Position numbers and translations under genes: made by a program. 64,000 nucleotides of DNA from an uncultured Planctomycetota bacterium (GTDB taxonomy: Bacteria; Planctomycetota; Planctomycetia; Isosphaerales; Isosphaeraceae): the NCBI GenBank assembly GCA_963823665.1, contig CAWGMQ010000002.1, positions 221,753 through 285,752 of the forward strand, written 5' to 3'. Below, in pieces: positions 1 through 8,077 of this stretch (position 1 is the first letter of the stretch; each line of letters opens with the position of its first letter). Below the pieces are notes generated by a model. It was not told where the DNA came from, made no database searches, and was given only the letters and a program-made list of their open reading frames with translations.

Positions 1-1212
1 TTCGTCGTCGCTGAATTCAAGTGCCTTGCCGACGATCGCGTCGCAACGACGGTACGCGTCGTCGATGGCGTGCGCGAAGTCAGGCTCCGGCGGCCTACCG
101 CGGAGAGCTGGATGGCCGCTCTGGCGATATCGCCAGAACAGGTGCTGGATCCGGTCCGGCGTATCGAACAAGCAGTAAAAGAACCCCGATCGAAACGAGT
201 CGAGCTCGTGCAGCATCATCGCCTCGCGATCGCGCCAGGCGATCGCGCATTGATCCAGAAACGCCTCCTCCGAGATTCTCTCGTTGTTCAGCCCGGCGTG
301 ATCCTCGACCATCCCGGTCGTGTAATAAAGGCCGATCCGCGCAGCCAGGTCTCCTGCATACTCGGGAGGATCGCTGATCGGAAAAAAAGGTGCATCGGGA
401 TCGAAGTTCACCGGCGAGGCGTAAACCGCCAGATCCGGTTCGATCCGCACCACATGAAACCGAACAATTCCTCGAATGGACTGCAGCAACCCCAGCTTGA
501 ACTTCACCCGAACCCAGTCGCTGAACCCGCCCTGCTTGACGACAAGCTCCCGCGGTGTGCCTTCCGACGAAACGATGATTCGCTGCGCCTCGCGATCCAC
601 TCGAAACGTGATCTCGACGCGCAGATCACCACGCGTCTTGGGATTGCGCGGACCAATCACGTACGTCGAGTAAGTCCCGTCTGCTCCAGGCTCGATCCGG
701 ACAACGTGTTCACTCTCGCGCGGCTGCACTCCTTTGCTCGTCGTATAAAACGTCCCGGTTCCCAGACCGCCTCTCAAATCCGGTACGCCCATTCCGGAGA
801 GCATTCGCCCGCGCGTGGCGTCCGGCGGGAAAGTACACGGACAGCGCAGGATCGTCGAGCCGATGCCCGCTGACTTGAGAAGATCCCAGAGCGGAACTCC
901 GCGGCGCAAGTTCACGGCTTTGGGCGGCAGGAACGCATTCTTCTGCTCGTACCGATTCAAGCCGAAATCCGGCAGATAGGTTCTGGGATCGCGGCGCAGG
1001 AAGTCGAAGATTCCATGTCCTCCCGGGTTGGTCCCTGTTGCGAACGTGGACCAGGCAACCGGGGTCTGGGCCGGGCGAGTGGTGGCAACCCGAGCAAACC
1101 CGCCTCGTTCTTTCAGTCGAGCCAGGTTGGGCAGTTGGCCCGCGTCCAGCAATCCCGTCACGATGCCGGGGTCAAGTCCGTCCATCCCGAGGACGATGAC
1201 CTTCTTGATGAT
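1..1212 (-). CDS. Alkaline phosphatase superfamily / type I phosphodiesterase-nucleotide pyrophosphatase (3' end runs off the window)
   Basis: Absent from the ORF track because it is open to the window edge. Manual translation gives IIKKVIVLGMDGLDP...LPNLARLKERGGF...PAQTPVAWSTFATGTNPGGHGIFDF and later DTPDRIQHLFW...AYRRCDAIVG. The start codon is uncertain (see findings). Confidence 0.85.
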   Translation of the reverse strand, partial: MIKKVIVLGMDGLDPGIVTGLLDAGQLPNLARLKERGGFARVATTRPAQTPVAWSTFATGTNPGGHGIFDFLRRDPRTYLPDFGLNRYEQKNAFLPPKAVNLRRGVPLWDLLKSAGIGSTILRCPCTFPPDATRGRMLSGMGVPDLRGGLGTGTFYTTSKGVQPRESEHVVRIEPGADGTYSTYVIGPRNPKTRGDLRVEITFRVDREAQRIIVSSEGTPRELVVKQGGFSDWVRVKFKLGLLQSIRGIVRFHVVRIEPDLAVYASPVNFDPDAPFFPISDPPEYAGDLAARIGLYYTTGMVEDHAGLNNERISEEAFLDQCAIAWRDREAMMLHELDSFRSGFFYCLFDTPDRIQHLFWRYRQSGHPALRGRPPEPDFAHAIDDAYRRCDAIVGKALEFSDDE

Positions 1213-1335
1213 GGCAACCTCCCTGTTGTATCAATGATCGCGGAATCCCGGGCGCACTCACTCCGTTCCAGATACCAAATAACGCATCGTCTGCCCAGCC
1301 GAGTCAAGCCCTGAATCCGGGTGAAGGAGCCAACC

Positions 1336-2697
1336 ATGGCCATCGCAACGCTGCAGTTGACTCGAGGCCGATATCTAGTCTCGATCTTAGCATCATTGAT
1401 CGGCTGTGGCTCTCTTCAGGCAGGCGAACCCCGTGCGCCAAACATCGTGATCCTGATCGCCGACGACCTCGGTTACGGAGATTTAGGCTGCTTTGGCCAC
1501 CCAACCATCCGCACGCCACACCTCGACCGCATGGCAGCCGAGGGGATCAAGCTCTCTCAGTTTTATGCGGCCCATCTCTGCACGCCAAGCCGAGCTGCCC
1601 TTTTGACGGGTCGGCTACCAATCCGCAGCGGGCTCAATGTCGTTCTTTTCCCGAACTCAACCGGGGGAATACCCGACGGGGAAATCACCCTGGCTGAGGC
1701 ACTGAAGGCACGCGGTTATGCAACGTCTTGTATCGGCAAATGGCATCTCGGCCATCTGCCCGCCTATCTGCCAACGCGGCACGGGTTCGATCACTATTTC
1801 GGCATCCCTTACAGCAACGACATGGTTGCGACGAAGGAGGCGTATCCTCCAATCCCACTCTTCCGCGATGAAGCGATCGTCGAGCAGCCCGCTGTGCAAG
1901 AAACCCTCACGCTACGCTACACGCGCGAGGCAATCTCATTCATCCGGAGCCATTGCGCCACCGCGCGGGCCCAGCCGTTCTTTCTCTACCTGGCCTACAC
2001 CTTCCCGCACATTCCGCTCCATGCCAGCAAGGCTTTCCGCGGAAAGAGCCCGCGGGGGCTCTTCGGCGATACCGTCGAAGAAATCGATTGGAGCGCCGGC
2101 CAGATCCTCGCTGCTCTTCGCGACGAGGGAATAGCCGAGTCAACGCTCGTCGTCTTTACCAGCGACAACGGCCCCTGGCTGAGCCAGAAACTGAACGGAG
2201 GCTCGGCAGGCCTCCTGCGCGAGGGCAAGGGCTCAACCTGGGAAGGCGGCGTCCGCGTGCCATGCCTGGCCTGGTGGCCTGGTACGATCGCATCAGGACG
2301 CACGTCGCTCTACCTCGCCAGCGAGCTCGACCTGTTCACAACCTGCCTGGACTTAGCGGCGCAAAGATTCCTGAAGACCGCTCGATTGACGGAATCTCGC
2401 TGGTCCCGCTTGCTGCGCGGAACGGGCCCAAGCCCACGTAATCATCTTTTTTACTACCACGCGGCCGCCCTTTTCGCCGTGCGCCGCGGCCCATGGAAAA
2501 TCCATCTCAAGACGACCGACCCCGGATCCGGGAATGAAAAGGCGCAAGCCCACGATCCGCCGCTTCTCTTCAATCTGACGACTGACCCATCCGAGCAATT
2601 CAACGTGGCCGACCAGCATCCGGACGTGGTCGAGCAACTTCTCAAGGAGGCCGAGGAGCACTGCCGGACGATAAAACCCGGGCCACCCCAGCGCTGA
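1336..2697 (+). CDS. Arylsulfatase (formylglycine-dependent sulfatase), with a probable pair of compensating frameshifts at about 2355-2412
   Basis: Motifs PNIVILIADDLGYGD, CTPSRAALLTGR (CxPxR), GKWHLG and FTSDNG; signal-peptide-like N-terminus; AAGGAG before ATG 1336. Confidence 0.93.
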   Translation: MAIATLQLTRGRYLVSILASLIGCGSLQAGEPRAPNIVILIADDLGYGDLGCFGHPTIRTPHLDRMAAEGIKLSQFYAAHLCTPSRAALLTGRLPIRSGLNVVLFPNSTGGIPDGEITLAEALKARGYATSCIGKWHLGHLPAYLPTRHGFDHYFGIPYSNDMVATKEAYPPIPLFRDEAIVEQPAVQETLTLRYTREAISFIRSHCATARAQPFFLYLAYTFPHIPLHASKAFRGKSPRGLFGDTVEEIDWSAGQILAALRDEGIAESTLVVFTSDNGPWLSQKLNGGSAGLLREGKGSTWEGGVRVPCLAWWPGTIASGRTSLYLASELDLFTTCLDLAAQRFLKTARLTESRWSRLLRGTGPSPRNHLFYYHAAALFAVRRGPWKIHLKTTDPGSGNEKAQAHDPPLLFNLTTDPSEQFNVADQHPDVVEQLLKEAEEHCRTIKPGPPQR

Positions 2698-2715
2698 TCT
2701 GGAGTGATCCGTTGA

Positions 2716-2737
2716 GTAGGTCAGGCTTTAGCCTGAC
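2716..2737 (+). repeat. GTAG-family REP-like palindrome
   Basis: GTAG followed by GTCAGGCT-TT-AGCCTGAC (perfect 8-bp stem), in the gap between convergent genes. Confidence 0.7.
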
Positions 2738-2750
2738 GATGTCCCGCCCC

Positions 2751-4857
2751 TCACTCACAGAATAGTCGGCGCACAGCTCTCCCTGGCGGGCGAACGCGTA
2801 AACCCGAATCCTTGGACTCTTGCGACTTCTTGTCCGCCTTCTTGTCCGCCTTCAGTTCTTCAAGTTCTTTGAGCACGCGCTCGAGCTTATTCTCAAGCTC
2901 ACGCAGCCGATTCTCGTTTCCACCAAGCCGACCGCCGGGTCCTTGCGGCTGCTCGATGACGGGCCCGCGAGGTGGAGCACCCCCGCGTTGCCGCGCACCG
3001 AACGGGGTTATTCGTTGTGGTTGCTCACCACCACCGGGCGGAGTCACGCCCCTGGAGGTCCCACCGCCGCCGCCGCGTGATGGAGCCTCGTCCTCCGGTG
3101 CTCGATCAGGCGCCACCCGTGCAGCAGGAGGTTCCACTCGCCGACCGCCCGGACCACCAGGGCGCGGCATCATGCGCCTCTGCAATTCCACAAGCCGCCG
3201 GTTTGCCTGCCGCAGTTGCTGTTCGAGTGCACGCACCTCGCTGCGTGCCTTCTCAAGTTCCTCTCGCCCGCGGGCGATCTCGGCGTCGTTGTTCGGCCGA
3301 GCGTCGTCCTCCTTCTCGACTTCTCTTCCACGCCCCTGCTGACGTTGGGCTTCGACCCGCTCTCGCATCGCCGAGCGCATCTCGCCACGAGCACGTGTCC
3401 ATTCTTCTTGCAGGTCGCGCCGCGATTTTTCCATCGACTCGCGCACCTCCTTGTTGATCGTTCCTCCCTTCTCGAAGGCCTTCCGGATCTCGTTGTGCGA
3501 CTTCTCGACCGCCTTTCGCACGTCCTCAGCCGTCAGACCGTCCTTCTTCAGCGTCTCGTGGATCTCGCCGATCGACTTTTCGAGGGTCTTGCGAATGTCC
3601 TCGCCGACTGGGCCCAATTCCTTGGTAAGCTTCTCGACCAGTTCCTTCACGTGTGTTTCAAATCGTTCGGCCGTCGCACGACTCTTTTCCTCCCTTCGGC
3701 CTTCATCCTGCTTGGCTTCCGCATCGCTCTTTTGTCCCCAGCTCGGTGCCAGGGGGAGCAGCAACATGGAGAGACCCAGTACGGCCAGACGGCCGGCCCA
3801 GGACAGGCCCTTCGGAGTTCTCGCACGCAAGATCATCTTGAGCCTCCTTTTCAGGCAGGAAACATGGCCGTTGCCACTGGCGGCCAACGATGCGGCCGGA
3901 GCGGTTCGGGCTCCCGAAACGAATTCAATGGCCGCCAAGAGAGCCGTCGCGTAAGTCTTGGCACCCTGGGGCATCGCCCAGATGACCCAGGCATCACAGC
4001 ACTGTTCCTCGGCTTCGCGCAACAAACGGCGGCCCCACCACACGGCTGGATGCCACCAGTAAAGTCCGACGACGAAGAGCTCGAGCCAGCGCACCCAGTG
4101 ATCGCGACGTTTCAAGTGCGCAAGCTCATGCAACAAAAGCCCGGTTCGCCCTTCCAGACTCGTCTCTGACCAGAGCTCAGACGGCACGAGAAGCCGGGGC
4201 CTGCCGCCGATGGCCCAGAGCATCGGTGGTACCCGGCCGGGCACAAGGCAGAGAGTCGGCGCCTCGGCTAGACCCAACCGATGACCAAGCTCCGCGGTGC
4301 AGCTCTGCCACTCCTCCGATGCAGGCTCGATCTCCTTGATCAATCGCTGGAATCGCATGATCCGAGTCAAAGCGAGTGTCCACCACGCAAGTGCACCGGC
4401 CAGCACCACCGCCAGCACAAGCTGCTCCCAGCTCCACCCAGCCGGTAAGCCAATGCCAATGTTCCAGACGCGAGCGGCAATGGCCGGCTTGTCCTCGGGG
4501 ATTGCCCCCACCCTTGCTTCCGACTGAGTCGTCTCAACGATTTCTGAAATCGCACCGCCTGGTTCATCCCACGGTGCATTCGCAGCAGCAGCAGATCGGC
4601 TCATCTCCGCCGGGGCAATCGACTCCGTGAAGCCTTTGCCAGCCTCGCCGCTTGACCACATCTCAGGCGCATGATTCGAGCCCTACCGGTAACGAGACGG
4701 GCACAAGCGGAGGCGTCACCAGCTTGAGCATCACCACCAGACAGAGAGCATGGATCAAGGCCGGCCGGCGGCAAGCACGGCCGATCATCGCCACCAGCAC
4801 AACCAGGACCGCTACGGCCACCGCATTGCTCAACATGGCATGAACGAGCGATTCCAT
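2751..4857 (-). CDS. M56 family (BlaR1-like) metallopeptidase with coiled-coil/low-complexity C-terminus; frameshift near 4660
   Basis: The N-terminal TM part (RRPALIHALCLVVMLKLVTPP) is in ORF 4663-4857. HELAH, RRDHW, WWHP and EEQCCD are in ORF 2751-4661. Lies directly downstream of a BlaI gene. Confidence 0.9.
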
Positions 4858-4884
4858 GAGAAGAGAGCCTCGTCCCGGTGGATA

Positions 4885-5391
4885 TCAAGAAGAGCGGGAA
4901 GCCCCACCGCGCTTGCCTTTGATCGAGCGCGGACGTGACATTCGCGGCAGTTCCTCGATCGTTTCAGCGACTGCTTCCGGAGCGCCGCTTTCCCGATCAG
5001 AGCCCGGGCCTGCGTCAACCTCTTCCATGATGGCCCGAAGCGCCAGGCGATCGCGTTCGGTCAAATCCGTCGCCCGCGCCAGATGGGTCAAAAGCGGCGT
5101 GAGCGAGCCGTCGCACAACATTTCGGCCAGCGAGCGCAGCCGCCGGCCGATGAGCCCGTCACGGTCCAGCACTGCGCTGAAAACGTGTACATAAAGCGTT
5201 CGATCGCGGCGCACGTAGCCCTTGGCCTCCATCCGGTCGAGAAGCTTCTGGACCGTCGCGTACTGCGCCACCTCGCCGCCCGGATACAAGATATCCGTCA
5301 ACTGGCGAATCGTCGCTGGCCCCCGGTCCCAGAGGATCCGCAAGACCGCAAGCTCCGATTCCGTGATGTCCTGTGCCGGCCGACCCATCAT
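4885..5391 (-). CDS. BlaI/MecI/CopY family transcriptional repressor
   Basis: ITESELAVLRILWDRGPATIRQL...YATVQKLLDRMEAKGYVRR; adjacent to the M56 gene. Confidence 0.92.
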   Translation of the reverse strand: MMGRPAQDITESELAVLRILWDRGPATIRQLTDILYPGGEVAQYATVQKLLDRMEAKGYVRRDRTLYVHVFSAVLDRDGLIGRRLRSLAEMLCDGSLTPLLTHLARATDLTERDRLALRAIMEEVDAGPGSDRESGAPEAVAETIEELPRMSRPRSIKGKRGGASRSS

Positions 5392-5407
5392 CCTGCTCGT
5401 TCGTTCT

Positions 5408-5476
5408 AGTCGTTTTGTCTGAACTTTCAGTCGTTTTGTCTGAGTTCAGATTAGAGCCTCGCGTCGCGGTTGTCAA
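5408..5476 (-). promoter_or_regulatory. Sigma70 promoter and tandem operator repeats for blaI-M56
   Basis: Minus-strand TTGACA (5471-5476), 17 bp, TAATCT (5448-5453). Exact 15-bp direct repeat AGTCGTTTTGTCTGA at 5408-5422 and 5429-5443. Confidence 0.75.
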
Positions 5477-5487
5477 GTAGGGGTTGT

Positions 5488-6922
5488 TTACTGAATGATT
5501 TCCCTGACAACCCGCCCGTGAACGTCGGTCAGCCGGAAGTCACGTCCCGCGTAGCGATACGTGAGCTTCTCGTGGTCGAACCCCAGAAGCTGAAGAATCG
5601 TAGCGTGGAGGTCGTGAACATGCACCTTGTCGGCCGATGCTGCAAAGCCGAGCTCGTCGGTGGCTCCGTGAATGGTGCCGCCGCGCACGCCGCCGCCGGC
5701 AAGCCACATTGAGAATCCATAATGATTATGGTCACGCCCGGAGAGTGCCGGCAGCTCGGCCACCGGCGTGCGTCCAAACTCGCCTCCCCAGATCACCAGC
5801 ACCTGCTCGAGAAGCCCGCGTGCTTTGAGGTCGGTGAGAAATGCGGCAATGGCCTGGTCCCATTCGGCGGCAAGCTGCCGGTGGTGTGAAACGATGTTCT
5901 CGTGGTCGTCCCACGGCTGACCGGCGCCGCTCCATACCTGGATGAATCGCACCCCGCGCTCGAGCAGCCGGCGCGTGATCAAAAGCTGCCGCGCCTGCGT
6001 GCCTGGGCCATACAGAGCACGGATCAACTCCGGCTCGTGGCTGATATCGAAGGCGTCGGCCGCTTCGGCCTGCATCCGGTATGCCAGCTCGAACGACTGG
6101 ATCCGCGCCTCGAGCGCCGGATCGTGCGGTCGAGCGGCTGAATGTCGCTCGTTCAACTCGCGAACCAGATCGAGCTGCCGCCGCTGCTCTTTCGGAGTAG
6201 ACCCACTGTTGCGGATGTTCTCGATCAGCTTCTCGATCTCGGTGTGCTTGGTGTCGATGTACGTGCCCTGATAGGCTCCGGGCAGGAACGCCGACCGCCA
6301 GTTCTGCGTTGCCACGACCGGGTAGCCCCCGGGACACATCGCGATGAAACCCGGCAAATTTTGGTTCTCCGAGCCCAGGCCATACGTGATCCACGACCCC
6401 ATGCTGGGGCGCTGCAGCCGGCCGTCGCCGCAGTTCATCAGCATGAGCGACGGCTCGTGGTTGGGCACGTCCGCATACATCGAACGGATGACGCACAATT
6501 GATCGGCATGACAACTCGCCGTTCTGGCAAAAAGCTCACTGACCTCAATGCCGCTCTCACCGTATTTCTTGAACGCAAACGGCGAGCCCAGGGCCGCGCC
6601 CGTCTTGCGCTCCGTGCGCAGAGTAGGACCGGGCAGCGTCTTACCGTGATACTTCTTGAGCATCGGCTTGGGATCAAACGTGTCGACGTGCGACGGTCCA
6701 CCGTTCATGAAAAGGTGCACAACCTGCTTCGCCTTGCCGGCAAACTGCGGCGGCCGCGGCGCCATTGGATCGAGCGCGCTGCGCCAGTGCAGCGTGTGCG
6801 TCCGAAGCAGGATCTTGGCCGTCCGCCGCGGCCAGAACTCCCGCGAGACCAACCATTCCAAACCCCATGCCCGAGCGGCACAGCAGCTCTCGCCGTGAGA
6901 GTGCAGCGGTTGGATCGTTCAT
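5488..6922 (-). CDS. DUF1501 domain protein (Tat signal); frameshift near 6790
   Basis: SRRELL Tat motif in ORF 6674-6922. AKQVVHLFMNGGPSHVDTFDPKP, WDDH, GEFGRTP, GRDH and GRDFRLTDVHG in ORF 5488-6861. Confidence 0.92.
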
Positions 6923-6923
6923 A

Positions 6924-8039
6924 TTAGACCCGCAAGAAAATCCGGCTCCGGTAAAGGTGGAGCAATAAGAGCCATTCGACGATCAAGGTTCCAATCGCCA
7001 GGAGGGCCGGCCCGAACGAGCCTGAGAGGCGAGCGGCTCCCCCGAAAAGAAACTGCGATATCTCCGGAAATGGAATGATCCGGGAGGCCACGTAGATCGT
7101 GATCGAGTTGACGCCGATCACGACAAAGAAGAAGGCCCATCTGCGCAACCCGATGACGTCGATGATCGTGTAGAACAGGGCGAGCAAGAGGAGGCTGAAG
7201 CCCCCCGCAATCAGCACGTAGGTGCTCGTCCAAAGAATCTTGATCACCGGGAAATACGTACTCCATCCCATTCCCAGCCCCACGCACGCGACCCCACCCA
7301 ATCCCAGGCCCGCGGCCTTGATCCAGCGACCCCGGTTCGAGATCAACCATTCTCCTGCGAGTACACCGAGAAGCGCCGTCGCGACGGCAGGGATCGCTGA
7401 AAGCAGTCCCTCGTTGTCGCCAAAACCATAATAGGATTGATAGATCTTGCCCGGCAGATAATGTCGGTCGATATAGCCTGCCAGGTTCGTCGGCTTGGTC
7501 AAATCGCCTGCGTGCGAATCGGGTGATGGCACGAACATCAAGGTGGCCCAGTACCCGAGCAGGATGGCGACAAAAACGATGATCCGAGTGTAGATCTTGG
7601 TCAGCAGGAAAATCACCGCCGCAATTCCGTAGCAGATCGCAATCCGCTGCAAGACGCCTGCGTAGCGCTGCGACTCAAACCGGAACTGCAGCGCGTTGTT
7701 ATAAACGAGGCCCAACAGGAAGAGCAGAACCACGCGTCGCGCAATGCGCATGAATACCAGACGCTTCGGTTGTTCCTGCGTGTGGTACCCCTTGAGCGAA
7801 AACGGCAGAACAACTCCGACCAGGAAGAGAAACAATGGAAAGATCAGGTCGTAGAACCTGAATCCTTCCCATTCAACATGTTCAAATTGCTCGGCGAAGC
7901 GACGGCTTGCGCTGGTGCCCCACCACGCTCCAATCGCTCGCGCCGCGTCATCGCCACCGACAATCCAGAACATGTCAAAGCCGCGCAGCGCGTCGATTGA
8001 TGTGAGTCGCCGTGCGGGCTTATCCACTACTTCACTCAT
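6924..8039 (-). CDS. HGSNAT-like (DUF5009) membrane acyltransferase
   Basis: RLTSIDALRGFDM, DLIFPLFLFLVG, GVLQRIA, EGLLS and IKILWTS motifs; many TM segments. Confidence 0.88.
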   Translation of the reverse strand: MSEVVDKPARRLTSIDALRGFDMFWIVGGDDAARAIGAWWGTSASRRFAEQFEHVEWEGFRFYDLIFPLFLFLVGVVLPFSLKGYHTQEQPKRLVFMRIARRVVLLFLLGLVYNNALQFRFESQRYAGVLQRIAICYGIAAVIFLLTKIYTRIIVFVAILLGYWATLMFVPSPDSHAGDLTKPTNLAGYIDRHYLPGKIYQSYYGFGDNEGLLSAIPAVATALLGVLAGEWLISNRGRWIKAAGLGLGGVACVGLGMGWSTYFPVIKILWTSTYVLIAGGFSLLLLALFYTIIDVIGLRRWAFFFVVIGVNSITIYVASRIIPFPEISQFLFGGAARLSGSFGPALLAIGTLIVEWLLLLHLYRSRIFLRV

Positions 8040-8059
8040 ATGTTAACCCTGCAGTGCGC

Positions 8060-8077
8060 TCATCATCATCATCATCA
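8060..8077 (-). repeat. (TGA)6 trinucleotide run that begins at the stop codon of the DUF1553 gene
   Basis: The plus strand reads tca six times at 8060-8077. Confidence 0.9.

Noticed and set aside
70..873. 267-aa plus-strand ORF and other long antisense ORFs (e.g. 3216-4169, 25334-26539, 45311-46627)
   Set aside because: They are shadows of well-supported genes on the opposite strand, common in GC-rich DNA, and show no motifs.
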